Assembly (NCBI GenBank): GCA_965199495.1
Contig: CBDASK010000003.1
Span: forward strand, 1,632,001-1,696,000
Origin: Abditibacterium sp.
Lineage (GTDB): Bacteria > Armatimonadota > Abditibacteriia > Abditibacteriales > Abditibacteriaceae
Direction of reading: 5' to 3'
Length of the DNA stretch: 64,000 nt
The stretch's first letter is position 1, and each line of letters begins with the position of its first letter. Below the pieces are notes generated by a model. That model did not search any database. It saw only the letters and a program-made list of their open reading frames with translations, and was not told the DNA's origin. Positions 9,104-18,798 of this stretch are shown here, one piece after another. The position numbers and the translations under genes were made by a program.

Positions 9104-9817
9104 ATGTATCTCATTTTCGATTCTTACGGCACGCTCATGGAAATGGACGATTTCTATGGCCGCTTGCAAAGCGGTTTTAAAAAGCTCGGCGTCGCTTTGC
9201 CGCTCGATGTCGTCAAGCGCGCCGCGCATGTCGAAATGCGACATTATATGAAGGGCGCGCGTTTCGCCAATTGCCTTGAATCGTGGAACAAACTGCGCCG
9301 CGATTGCGCCCAAATTCTGGAAAATGCGATTCGCGAACAGGGTTATAAAATCGAATTGCCCGCCGAAAAAGTGATGGACGTTTTGAGCGAAGCCGTCGTT
9401 TACAAACCGTTTCCAGATATTAAATCGTCGCTGGAAAAATTGCGCGCCAAAGGCATTCGACTGGGCGTTTTATCGAACTGGGATTTCAAGTTGCAAGGCG
9501 CCCTCGAAGATGCGGGCATCGCGCATTTATTCGATTTCGTGTTGCCGAGCGCGCAAGTCGGCCTCGAAAAACCGGCGCGCGAATTTTTCGAGCGCGGTCT
9601 GGCTTTAGCGCGCAAAGTCGTGCCCGATTTAAAAGCGCGCGATTGTTTTTACGTCGGCGATCACTACGAAAAAGACGTTTTGGGCGCGCGCAGTGCCGGA
9701 CTTAGCCCGCTGTGGCTGGTGCGCGACAAACGCGATCTGCCATCGGGCGAAACCCACGAAGCCAAAGACGATGTGCCGCGCTTGCGCTCGCTGCGCGATT
9801 TACTGAAGTTGTTTTAA
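9104..9817 (+). CDS. HAD-superfamily hydrolase
   Basis: FDSYGTL (motif I), LSNWD, EKP and VGDHYEKD motifs; start could alternatively be 9038. Confidence 0.88.
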   Translation: MYLIFDSYGTLMEMDDFYGRLQSGFKKLGVALPLDVVKRAAHVEMRHYMKGARFANCLESWNKLRRDCAQILENAIREQGYKIELPAEKVMDVLSEAVVYKPFPDIKSSLEKLRAKGIRLGVLSNWDFKLQGALEDAGIAHLFDFVLPSAQVGLEKPAREFFERGLALARKVVPDLKARDCFYVGDHYEKDVLGARSAGLSPLWLVRDKRDLPSGETHEAKDDVPRLRSLRDLLKLF

Positions 9818-9826
9818 ATTCAAATT

Positions 9827-9978
9827 GCCACAGAGTTCACAGAGAACGCACAGAGGGACACAGAAAAGAACGAAGAAATCAAAAAGTAGAAGAACCAAAT
9901 TTTATAGTTTTGCCTATATAAATTGATTTCTTCGTTCTTTTCTGTGTCCCTCTGTGCGTTCTCTGTGAACTCTGTGGC
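9827..9978. repeat. Long palindromic element, family A
   Basis: GCCACAGAGTTCACAGAGAACGCACAGAGGGACACAGAAAAGAACGAAGAAATCAA with a perfect complementary arm. Confidence 0.92.
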
Positions 9979-9992
9979 TAAAATAAAATCTC

Positions 9993-11120
9993 ATGTCCGA
10001 CCCCATTCAAGAACCCGAAGCACAATTAGAAGACGATAATTCTGTGGACAAAGACGCGGTTTTGCGCGCGCTCAATCACGTTCAAGACCCCGATTTGGGC
10101 CGCTCCATCGTCGAACTCGGCTTTATCAAACGCTTGCGCTCGTGCGCGGGCACGGTCGCGTTCGACATCGAACTGACGACGCCCGCCTGTCCCGTCAAGG
10201 AACAAATGCAGGCGCAGGCGCACGATTTGGTGATGCAAGTCGAGAACGTGACCGCAGTCAACGTCACCATGACGGCGCAGACGCGGCAGTTGATTGATAT
10301 TCGCGGCGGCATTCCCGGCGTGAAGAACACCATCGCCGTGGCTGCTGGCAAGGGCGGCGTCGGCAAAAGCACGACTTCGGTGAATATCGCCATCGCTTTG
10401 GCTGAAACCGGTGCCAAAGTCGGTTTGCTCGACGCCGATATTTATGGCCCGTCCATCCCGATACTAATGGGCATCGAAGAAGGCGAAATGCCCGATGGCG
10501 AAGAGATTAACGGCGTGCAGCGCATTTATCCACTTGACAGGTTCGGCCTGAAATTGATGTCGGTCGGTTTTTTGACCGAGCGCAACAATCCAATTATCTG
10601 GCGCGGCCCGATGGTTGGCAAAATGCTGACGACGTTTCTCAAAAGCGTGGATTGGGGCGATTTGGATTATCTGATTTTGGATTTGCCGCCGGGCACGGGC
10701 GATATTCAATTAACTCTGGTGCAAAACGCGCCTTTGAGCGGCGCTGTTATCGTGACGACGCCCGAAGCGGTCGCGGGCGAAGACGTGATTCGCGCGGGCA
10801 AAATGTTCGATAAAATCGGCCAAAGCCTAAATATTAAAGTGCCGATTTTAGGCGTCGTCGAAAACATGAGCTGGTTCGAGACGCCCGACGGCGAGCGCCA
10901 TTACATTTTCGGTCAGGGCGGCGGCGAGCGCATCGCCGACGAATTCGAGGTGCCATTGTTGGGGCAAGTGCCGCGCACGCTGGAAATCATGCAAGGCGGC
11001 GATTCGGGTATTCCGATTACGGTTTCGCAGCCAAACTCGCCGATGGCGAAAATTTACGGCGAAATCGCGGGCCAATTGGCCCGCCGCGTGGCAACTTTGG
11101 CTGTTGAGAGTGGCGCATAA
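9993..11120 (+). CDS. mrp: Mrp/ApbC (NBP35) Fe-S cluster carrier ATPase
   Basis: N-terminal FeS-assembly domain (TTPACP), GKGGVGKST, DADIYGPS, WRGPM and DLPPGTGD motifs. Confidence 0.95.
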   Translation: MSDPIQEPEAQLEDDNSVDKDAVLRALNHVQDPDLGRSIVELGFIKRLRSCAGTVAFDIELTTPACPVKEQMQAQAHDLVMQVENVTAVNVTMTAQTRQLIDIRGGIPGVKNTIAVAAGKGGVGKSTTSVNIAIALAETGAKVGLLDADIYGPSIPILMGIEEGEMPDGEEINGVQRIYPLDRFGLKLMSVGFLTERNNPIIWRGPMVGKMLTTFLKSVDWGDLDYLILDLPPGTGDIQLTLVQNAPLSGAVIVTTPEAVAGEDVIRAGKMFDKIGQSLNIKVPILGVVENMSWFETPDGERHYIFGQGGGERIADEFEVPLLGQVPRTLEIMQGGDSGIPITVSQPNSPMAKIYGEIAGQLARRVATLAVESGA

Positions 11121-11136
11121 ATTGTGAATAGAAACC

Positions 11137-11171
11137 AAACGACCCGCGATTTCAAAAATCGCGGGTCGTTT
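11137..11171. terminator. Rho-independent terminator after mrp
   Basis: AAACGACCCGCGATT-loop-AATCGCGGGTCGTTT. Confidence 0.8.
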
Positions 11172-11287
11172 CTAATTCGCTAAATAGGCGGTTTCCTCAA
11201 GACTCCACTCGCGGCACAGAAACGAAGATTGAAATAACGCAAAAGGCTGCGCCGTATCTGGCTCGGCTTCTTCATAATGACTTAAAT

Positions 11288-11328
11288 ACAAGAAGCGCCG
11301 CGATATTGTATATCGCGGCGCTTCTTGT
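11288..11328. terminator. Terminator hairpin after the prepilin-like gene
   Basis: ACAAGAAGCGCCGCGATA-loop-TATCGCGGCGCTTCTTGT. Confidence 0.75.
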
Positions 11329-11342
11329 TATGAGGAGACAAA

Positions 11343-12137
11343 TTAACTTTTGTCGACTCGGATTTGCCAATTCCTGACTTGATCACCAAGAGTAGTGTTG
11401 ACAGTTGTTGCATCAGGTTCATCCTCGACGGTCCAGGCATTGGTTCCCTGAATAGTCGTGATCGGCTTAACGGCCTTGACGTGACCATCGGTATATAGGA
11501 AATTGCAGGTTTGCAAGTGGCCGTTGAACGCGTGATCCGGCACCAATTCGCTATATTCACGCCGGGACTCTCCAACCATAAGCGTTCGCGATGGATCTTG
11601 CAGTTGGGCCAGACTGGCGCCTACACCTTGAGCTGATGGGGTTGTTGCGTTCGTGCCGGTCACACCACCCCAACCATTGATAGCATAAGAGATTGGGAAA
11701 ATTGGAGCGCCGGGAACTGAACCTCCCGCCACCAATTTGGCCGGGTCGCTATCACGACAGTTCGTGCCGCCAGGAACATTGGCGTTTTGAACGTTTGAGT
11801 TGGACGGGCAAGCGAAGAGTTGCGTGCTCTTGACATACGGGTAGATACTACGACGCCACGAATTATATTCTTGTAAGTCCGTACTCGCAGGTGCTCCCCA
11901 TATACGCATCGGGAATCTCTCATCATAGTCTTGCGCGTATTGCATGATACCCAAGCCGATCTGCTTGAGATTGGATTGGCAAGACGCGCGACGCGCGTTT
12001 TCGCGAGCGCGCGCAAAAACAGGGAACAGAATCGCCGCCAGAATGGCGATAATGGCGATAACCACGAGGAGTTCTATCAAAGTAAACGCTTGGCGCTTGT
12101 GGACAGAACCTTTGGGGGAATGAGTGAAATATGACAT
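11343..12137 (-). CDS. Prepilin-type N-terminal cleavage/methylation protein, DUF1559 / H-X9-DG family
   Basis: [43 protein letters not shown] and C-terminal [15 protein letters not shown]. Confidence 0.93.
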   Translation of the reverse strand: MSYFTHSPKGSVHKRQAFTLIELLVVIAIIAILAAILFPVFARARENARRASCQSNLKQIGLGIMQYAQDYDERFPMRIWGAPASTDLQEYNSWRRSIYPYVKSTQLFACPSNSNVQNANVPGGTNCRDSDPAKLVAGGSVPGAPIFPISYAINGWGGVTGTNATTPSAQGVGASLAQLQDPSRTLMVGESRREYSELVPDHAFNGHLQTCNFLYTDGHVKAVKPITTIQGTNAWTVEDEPDATTVNTTLGDQVRNWQIRVDKS

Positions 12138-12322
12138 GAAATTTAAATTTCCTTATACGCCTGCATCGAGTGGCGAATTCCAAAAGTATACCCATCAATG
12201 TTAAATTCTAAACAAGACTGGCCGAACTTTGTAAAATTTTGTCATTCTATTCGCAAATACTCCAATTTGAAGAACAGCTGAAAACCCAAAAAAAACACGA
12301 AACCCAATTCCATGCCAAACAT

Positions 12323-12342
12323 ATAGTTAGGCGGCTTACTAT
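12323..12342. promoter_or_regulatory. Putative MarR operator
   Basis: Imperfect palindrome ATAGTTAGGCGGCTTACTAT (16/20 symmetric) ending 3 nt before the marR ATG. Confidence 0.65.
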
Positions 12343-12345
12343 TCT

Positions 12346-12903
12346 ATGAGAAAACCAACGGCGCCGGGGATGTTGCTTTTACGCGATTTGCCCCGCTACG
12401 AAATGTTGCAGGAAAAAGCAAAGCGCTATCCCGAACTCGACGCGAGCGCGGTGGATGCGACTTTGGTTTTGCTGCGCGTGGCCTCGGATGTGTTCGAGGG
12501 CATGGGCGCGCATCTGGCGCGCCACGACATTTCGCAGGGGCGCTTCATGGTTTTGGTGCTACTCGACCGATACAGCCACGGCGAAGGCATTCTGCCCTCG
12601 GAAATTGCCGAACAACTCGGCGTGACGCGCGCGACGGTGACTGGATTGCTCGATGGGTTGGAAAAATGTCATTTGATTTCGCGGCAAATGCACCCCGAAG
12701 ATAGGCGGGCGTTTTGCATCGAACTCACGCCCAAAGGCCGGAAGTTTTTGGCCGAAATGCTGCCCGAACATTACCGTCGCATCGCCGGTTTAATGGCCCA
12801 TCTCAGCGAAGCCGAACAGCGCCAGTTGGTCAAACTTTTGAGCAAAGTCGCGCACGGGCAAAACGCCCTGCACGACGAAAATTGGCAACCCTGCGAAAAT
12901 TAA
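12346..12903 (+). CDS. MarR family transcriptional regulator (EmrR-like)
   Basis: PSEIAEQLGVTRATVTGLLDGLE ... DRR ... LTPKG motifs; upstream of emrAB-like genes. Confidence 0.92.
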   Translation: MRKPTAPGMLLLRDLPRYEMLQEKAKRYPELDASAVDATLVLLRVASDVFEGMGAHLARHDISQGRFMVLVLLDRYSHGEGILPSEIAEQLGVTRATVTGLLDGLEKCHLISRQMHPEDRRAFCIELTPKGRKFLAEMLPEHYRRIAGLMAHLSEAEQRQLVKLLSKVAHGQNALHDENWQPCEN

Positions 12904-12930
12904 TTTTCTCGATTCAAACTTTAAAATCCC

Positions 12931-14877
12931 ATGAAAACCGTAGACCGTCCCGCTCCGCAAACCAGCGAAGAAGCAGAAAATAAGGCGCCTGACAATCAGG
13001 AGCCAAAGCACGAAGCGCCCGTTACGGCGACTGAGCCGCCTCAAAAAGGCAAATCGTCCAAGGACAAAAAGGCCGACGCCCGCAAGAAAAAATTGGCGTT
13101 GCTCATCGGCATTCCAGTTTTGATCGTCGCCGGAATTATCGGCGTCAACAAATATCGCTGGGGTCAATGGCACGTCTCGACCGACGATGCCTACACCACG
13201 TCGGACGTGGTTCAAATCACGCCGCAGGTCAATGGGCGCATTGAGAAATTACTGGTCACCGATAACCAGACCGTGAAAAAAGGCCAGCTTTTGGCGGTTT
13301 TAGACCCGTCGAGTTATCAGGTCGCGGTCGAAAACGCCAAGGCGAATTTGGCCGTCGCCATCGCGGCCAAAAACGCGGCGCAACGTCAAGTCGAACTGAC
13401 GGGCGCGACCGGAGACGCGCAGGTTTCTCAGGCGCAGGGCGGCATTTCGCAAGCGCAAGGCGGCATCGGTGCGGCGCAGGCGGGCGTGGCTCAGGGCGAC
13501 GCGGGCATTTCGCAAGCGCAAGCCGCCATTGATACGGCGCGCGATAGCGCCCGCGCCGCGCAAACCGGAATTACCAGCGCCCAAGCCGCGCGCGACCGCG
13601 CGATTCAAGCGGCCAAAGCGGCCAAAACGCAAATCGCCTCGGCTCAGGCACGAGCCACCGGCACCGGCGCCGGTGTTAGTCAGGCCAACGCCAATTTGAA
13701 AGCGCAACAGGCGGCGCGGGCGCGCGCCGTCGAAGCGGTCAAAGCCGCGCAGGCCGATGTGAAAACTGCGGGCGCGGGCGTGGCTTCGGCGCGCGCGCAG
13801 ATTGATGTCGCGCAAGCGGGCATTGACACGGCGCAAGCGCAACTCGTGCGTGCCAACAAAGATTTGACGCGCGCGCAGGAACTTTACACCGGCGGCGCCG
13901 CGCCGCGTTCGAGCGTGGACACCGCGCAAGCCGCACAGAAAACCGCCAACGCTCAACTCGACGGCGCCAAAGCGCAGTTGCAGGCGGCGCAGCAAAATTT
14001 GCAACAGGCGCAATCGTTTCAGACCGCCAAAGAAGCCGCCGTCACTTCGGCGCGCGCCGGAGTGAACGCCGCCGATGCGCAGATCGCGGCCTCGCGCGCG
14101 CAGGTCGAAGCGGCGCGCGCTGGAGCCAGTGGCGGCGCGCCCGATGTGGCTAATGCGCGCGCCCAATACGCCGCCGCGCAGGGCGCCGTGAACGAAGCCG
14201 AAGCAAAAATCAGTTCGGAGCGCGCCATGACCAAAGCCGCCAGCGACCAAATCGCCCAAGCGCAGGCGGCGCTGACCAACGCGCAAGCCGCCAAAAACGC
14301 CGCGCAACAACAAGTGGATGTGGCGCGTGGCAAAGCGCAACAGGCGCAGGGCACGTTGCAGCAAGCCAACACGGGCAACCAACAGGTTTCGGTCGCCAAA
14401 GCCAATTTCAAGTCGGCGCAGGCCAAAGTCTCCCAGGCGCAAGCCGCGCTGCAACAGGCACAACTCGACTTGAGCCGTACGCAAATCAAAGCGCCCGTTG
14501 ATGGCACGGTTTCGCGGCGCAACGGCCAAATCGGCCAACAACTCGCGACCGGACAAGCGATTATGGCTCTGGTGCCGCTCAACGATGTGTGGCTCATCGC
14601 CAACTTCAAGGAAACGCAGATGGCTGGCCTCCGCGTCGGCGAGGAAGTGGACATCGAAATTGACGCCTTGCCCAAACACGATTTCAAGGGCCACGTCCAA
14701 TCCTTAGCGGCGGGCACCGGCAGCGTGTTCGCCCTGTTGCCCGCCGAAAACGCGACCGGCAACTTCACCAAAGTCGTGCAACGCGTGCCGGTGAAAATCA
14801 CCTTCGATCCGAATCAGGACGGCTTAGATCAGTTGCGCGCGGGCCTGTCGGCGTTGCCAACCGTGGCAACGAAATAG
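12931..14877 (+). CDS. emrA: HlyD/EmrA family membrane fusion protein with a very long coiled coil
   Basis: STDDAY, VKKGQLL, IKAPVDG, ANFKETQ and ENATGNFTKVVQRVPVKI motifs. Confidence 0.9.
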   Translation: MKTVDRPAPQTSEEAENKAPDNQEPKHEAPVTATEPPQKGKSSKDKKADARKKKLALLIGIPVLIVAGIIGVNKYRWGQWHVSTDDAYTTSDVVQITPQVNGRIEKLLVTDNQTVKKGQLLAVLDPSSYQVAVENAKANLAVAIAAKNAAQRQVELTGATGDAQVSQAQGGISQAQGGIGAAQAGVAQGDAGISQAQAAIDTARDSARAAQTGITSAQAARDRAIQAAKAAKTQIASAQARATGTGAGVSQANANLKAQQAARARAVEAVKAAQADVKTAGAGVASARAQIDVAQAGIDTAQAQLVRANKDLTRAQELYTGGAAPRSSVDTAQAAQKTANAQLDGAKAQLQAAQQNLQQAQSFQTAKEAAVTSARAGVNAADAQIAASRAQVEAARAGASGGAPDVANARAQYAAAQGAVNEAEAKISSERAMTKAASDQIAQAQAALTNAQAAKNAAQQQVDVARGKAQQAQGTLQQANTGNQQVSVAKANFKSAQAKVSQAQAALQQAQLDLSRTQIKAPVDGTVSRRNGQIGQQLATGQAIMALVPLNDVWLIANFKETQMAGLRVGEEVDIEIDALPKHDFKGHVQSLAAGTGSVFALLPAENATGNFTKVVQRVPVKITFDPNQDGLDQLRAGLSALPTVATK

Positions 14878-14906
14878 GTTTAATTATTCGGTCATTGTAA
14901 CGTCCA

Positions 14907-15088
14907 GCCCGCTCCCCAGCCCTCCCCCGTTCCGGGAGAGGGGGCACCTTTCGGGGCGACGGCGAGTATCGAACTTTCTTAATTTTCAATGGACGGCGCC
15001 GTTTTATTACGTCGGAGGCAGTTCTATTTCCAATCGGCGGCTTCTACATGCCCCCTCTCCCGGAACGGGGGAGGGCTGCGGAGGGGGC
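14907..15088. repeat. Palindromic element, family D (CCCTCCCCC...GGGAGAGGG)
   Basis: Arms CAGCCCTCCCCCGTTCCGGGAGAGGGGGCA / TGCCCCCTCTCCCGGAACGGGGGAGGGCTG, between emrA and emrB. Confidence 0.88.
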
Positions 15089-15140
15089 ACCAGTGCCGAA
15101 AACTTCGCTCGCCGACAACCCATTCCCCAACACAAATATC

Positions 15141-16748
15141 ATGGCCACCGCAACTTTATCCAAATCCGGCTCGCCGCGCGCAGCAGCCACGCCGCGTCCC
15201 GACTATCTCAATTATTCGGTTGCCACGCGCTGGATCGTGTTGGCCGCCGTCGTTCTGGGCGCGATTCTCGAAATTCTCGATACCACCATCGTCTCGACAG
15301 CCATCCCGCAAATGCAGGGCAATCTGGGCGCGACTTTGGACGAAATCGGCTGGGTTTCGACGGGTTACATCGTCGCTAACATTATCGTTTTGCCGCTCAC
15401 CGGTTGGTTTTCGTCGAAGTTTGGGCGGCGCCATTATCTGGCAGCTTCGATGGCGTTTTTCACATTCGCTTCGTTCATGTGCGGCAATTCGAGCGGTTTA
15501 TGGGAATTGGTTTTCTGGCGCATCATGCAGGGCGCGGGCGGCGCGGCCTTAATCTCGACGGCACAGGCGACACTTTTATCCATTTTCCCACCCAAACAGC
15601 ACAACATGGTGCAGGGCATTTTCGGATTGGCGATTATGGTTGCGCCGACAACCGGCCCGACGATTGGCGGTTACATCGTTGACCATTATTCGTGGCCGTG
15701 GGCGTTTTTCGTCAATGTTCCGTTGGGAATCCTCGGCGTTTTCTTGGTGATGAATTACCTCAAAGACGACGAAACCGCCAAGCCGCCGGGCAAAGTGGAT
15801 GTTATCGGCATCGCGTTTCTGGCGCTGGGATTGGGCTGTTTCCAGACTTTATTGGAAAAAGGCAATCGCGAAGGCTGGTTCGATTCGAGCCTTATCATCA
15901 CGCTGTTTATCCTCGCTTTCACCGGCCTGGCCTCTTTCATTTACTGGGAACTCAAAACAGACCAACCCGCCGTCAACCTGCGAATTTTGAAAAATCAGGC
16001 GTTTATGGCGGGCTGCGTCTACAATTTTGTTATCGGCACCGGGCTTTATACTTCAGTCTTTATCTTTCCGGTTTTCATGCAGAATTTGGCCGGTTACACA
16101 GCGCAAGAAACCGGAATGCAACTTATTCCGCGCGGTCTGGCGACGGCGATTGTCACTATCGTTTCGATTCGGCTCACCGCCAAAATTCAGCCGAAATATC
16201 TGCTGGCGACCGGTTCAGCGCTGTTCACCATTGGGCAACTCTACTTTCATAACATCACGCCGCAAACCAGCCCCGACCAATTATTGTGGCCGATGATTAT
16301 CACCGGCGCCTCGTTGGGAATGCTCATCGTGCCCTTATCGGTGGCGGCGTTGGGCGCGCTCAAACCGCAGGAAGTGCCCGCAGGAGCCGGCTTGTTCAAC
16401 CTGACGCGCCAGTTGGGCGGCTCGATTGGCATCGCGGTTTCGGCGACTTTGTTGGACAAATGGTCGCAACAAGCGCGCGCGCCGATGGTGGATTTGATCA
16501 ACCCGCTCAACCCGGCGTGGGCCGAGCGACTGGCGACCATGACGCGCACGTTTCAGGCGCAGGGCTTGGACGCCAACACGGCGCATGACCGCGCTTACTT
16601 GATTATGAATCGCATCATTCAAGGCCAAAGCACAACGATTGCCTTCGAGAAAGCCTACTTCGCCCTCGCGATGCTATTTTTGTGCGCGATGCCGCTGTTG
16701 CTATTGTTCAAGAAAGTGAAAGGCGGCGCGCCCGCCGAAATGCACTGA
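15141..16748 (+). CDS. emrB: DHA2 family MFS efflux permease
   Basis: LDTTIVSTAIPQM, WVSTGY, RIMQGAGG and FNLTRQLGGSIG motifs; about 14 TM segments. Confidence 0.93.
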   Translation: MATATLSKSGSPRAAATPRPDYLNYSVATRWIVLAAVVLGAILEILDTTIVSTAIPQMQGNLGATLDEIGWVSTGYIVANIIVLPLTGWFSSKFGRRHYLAASMAFFTFASFMCGNSSGLWELVFWRIMQGAGGAALISTAQATLLSIFPPKQHNMVQGIFGLAIMVAPTTGPTIGGYIVDHYSWPWAFFVNVPLGILGVFLVMNYLKDDETAKPPGKVDVIGIAFLALGLGCFQTLLEKGNREGWFDSSLIITLFILAFTGLASFIYWELKTDQPAVNLRILKNQAFMAGCVYNFVIGTGLYTSVFIFPVFMQNLAGYTAQETGMQLIPRGLATAIVTIVSIRLTAKIQPKYLLATGSALFTIGQLYFHNITPQTSPDQLLWPMIITGASLGMLIVPLSVAALGALKPQEVPAGAGLFNLTRQLGGSIGIAVSATLLDKWSQQARAPMVDLINPLNPAWAERLATMTRTFQAQGLDANTAHDRAYLIMNRIIQGQSTTIAFEKAYFALAMLFLCAMPLLLLFKKVKGGAPAEMH

Positions 16749-16767
16749 GTGCGCATCGCACATCAAG

Positions 16768-16838
16768 AAAGCGGGGCTGGCGCCTCCTTCCAATCGGTTG
16801 CAAGACGAGTGATTGGAAGGAGGCGCCAGCCCCACTTT
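16768..16838. repeat. Palindromic element, family E
   Basis: GGGGCTGGCGCCTCCTTCCAATC-loop-GATTGGAAGGAGGCGCCAGCCCC. Confidence 0.85.
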
Positions 16839-16856
16839 TCTGTTCGTATAGCGAAT

Positions 16857-18647
16857 TCATTCATGTCCCGCCCGGCGTGGCTGCCAGTCGCGCTTGTCTG
16901 GAAGTTGCGCTTCTTCCAGAATTTGCCGCGCTTTGGCGGACGAATAGTTCGGGCCTTTCTTCCACAAAATCACGCGCGGATGATCGTAAACCGACAAAGC
17001 CTCTTCGGCGTTATCGTCGGGAAATTGGAGCGGCCCCAAACTTGGATACGACGTGAATTCGCGTTCTTTGTTAAAGCCCAGTTCGCCGTTCCACAAAGCA
17101 TAATAGAAGCGCGAGGTCATCGGCCATTTGGCGGGCCAGCGCGGGATGTTTTGCCAACTGCGGCCCGACGAGAAAAATATCCAGTCGCTGTCGTTCAAAA
17201 CCCGCAACATCTTCTCGCGTTTATCGAGCGTATCCAAAGCGTAACTATCGAGCAATTGCGAGCGCAAATCGCCGCTCCCCGAAGGAATCCAGCCGAGGGG
17301 CAAACTCTCGTCCCACACCGTTTCATTGGCGACGGCGGTGCCGGGCGCGATGTGCGACACAATCCAGCGCGAAGCCTCCAAACGCGTGTGCGTGCGACCA
17401 TAAATTCCGGTCACAGCCACGCACCACAACGCGCTAAATCCCGCCAACAAAATCGGGCCAAATCGCAAAATGCGCCATTTTTGAACTAACGTTTGCCAAA
17501 AGTAAGCGCCCAATAACGCGATAAACGGCGTCATCGGCAAAAAGTAGCGGGTGAACTTGGAAAACGTCGCGCCCTGCACGCCAAATAAAACCAGACAAAA
17601 CAGCGCGCTCGCCAACAAAATCGGGCCGCGCTGCTCGCCGCGCAAATCGCGTTGGGACGCGCGCACCAAAACCAACGCAATTCCCAGCGCGCCCGAAACG
17701 AGTGTGCCCCAGCCGTAACCCCAAAATCCCAGATTGCACGCCGAGAACAGCCACGGCGTCCGACCGATCCATTGGACATCGAACGGAACGTCCACTTCGC
17801 CGCGCGTAATCGCGCTTTGGGCGGCCAAATCGCCCCAGAATCGCGGTTCGAGCCGCACATCGAAAAACCCGAACTCGCCAGCAAACGCCATCGGCTGAAA
17901 TATCCGAAAACAAATCAGCGCTATTACCGCGCAACCGACGGCGCCCCAAAAGAGTTGGCGTCTGGGATATTTATGCGCGCTCGCAACCAGACAAACTAAC
18001 ATGGGCACGACGATAAAAATCGCCGAGATTTTGCACGCCATCGCCACGCCCAGACAAACGCCGCAAAGCAACGTATCGCGCCCGCGCCCGCTCTGTTGCC
18101 AGCGCGCGGCGGCCCAAAAGCTCGCCAGCATCCAGAAAGCGGCGAAATTATCGACAGTAAAAAAATGGCTTTGCTGCACGCCCAGCGCCGCGAGCGCCAC
18201 CAAAGCCGTCGCGAAGAGCGCCCAAACATTAGCCAAAATGCGGCGCGCCAGCAGAAACGTCAGGCCGACCGTCAAGCTATCGCACAGCGCGGAAAGTCCG
18301 CGTCTGACGATGAAAAGCGAATCAATGCCGAAATGCTGTGCGAGAGCGAAAACCGTTTTGCCCAGCAAAAGCGGCCACTGCCCGTAAACATAATGCGCGC
18401 CCTTGGAGTTGGCCGGATTGAACGGCGAATGCGCCGAATCGAACCACTGCGCCCACGAACTCGGCCAGCCAATGCGGCTGATAATGTCCATCACAAACCG
18501 TTCGTCGGGATGCAACTGCGCGCTCTCGTCCCAGTTCAAACCGTAAAATCGGCAGCCGATGCCCAGCGCAATCAAGCCGACCAAAAACGCCTCGAAAACG
18601 CGCGTGTTCAGAGCGCGCGATTGAGGTTGGGCAGGAGAAGATTTCAT
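16857..18647 (-). CDS. GT-C fold glycosyltransferase (PMT/ArnT-like)
   Basis: LHPDER motif in the first periplasmic loop; many TM segments. Confidence 0.85.
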   Translation of the reverse strand: MKSSPAQPQSRALNTRVFEAFLVGLIALGIGCRFYGLNWDESAQLHPDERFVMDIISRIGWPSSWAQWFDSAHSPFNPANSKGAHYVYGQWPLLLGKTVFALAQHFGIDSLFIVRRGLSALCDSLTVGLTFLLARRILANVWALFATALVALAALGVQQSHFFTVDNFAAFWMLASFWAAARWQQSGRGRDTLLCGVCLGVAMACKISAIFIVVPMLVCLVASAHKYPRRQLFWGAVGCAVIALICFRIFQPMAFAGEFGFFDVRLEPRFWGDLAAQSAITRGEVDVPFDVQWIGRTPWLFSACNLGFWGYGWGTLVSGALGIALVLVRASQRDLRGEQRGPILLASALFCLVLFGVQGATFSKFTRYFLPMTPFIALLGAYFWQTLVQKWRILRFGPILLAGFSALWCVAVTGIYGRTHTRLEASRWIVSHIAPGTAVANETVWDESLPLGWIPSGSGDLRSQLLDSYALDTLDKREKMLRVLNDSDWIFFSSGRSWQNIPRWPAKWPMTSRFYYALWNGELGFNKEREFTSYPSLGPLQFPDDNAEEALSVYDHPRVILWKKGPNYSSAKARQILEEAQLPDKRDWQPRRAGHE

Positions 18648-18714
18648 CGGGAAACGAGTGATTTAATGAGCAATTTTTTTTGAATCCAACTGTTCATTTG
18701 CACGCAATTCTCAT

Positions 18715-18798
18715 TATTCTGCGGGGCTGGCGCATCCTTCCAATCTGCTGAGAGCCTCGAAAATAGAGATTGGAAGGATGCGCCAGCCCCGCAGAATA
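18715..18798. repeat. Palindromic element, family E
   Basis: TATTCTGCGGGGCTGGCGCATCCTTCCAATCT-loop-AGATTGGAAGGATGCGCCAGCCCCGCAGAATA. Confidence 0.88.

Noticed and set aside
13300..14801. Long antisense ORFs (466 aa and 260 aa) opposite emrA
   Set aside because: Shadow ORFs caused by GC-rich Ala/Gln codon bias; no protein-like features.
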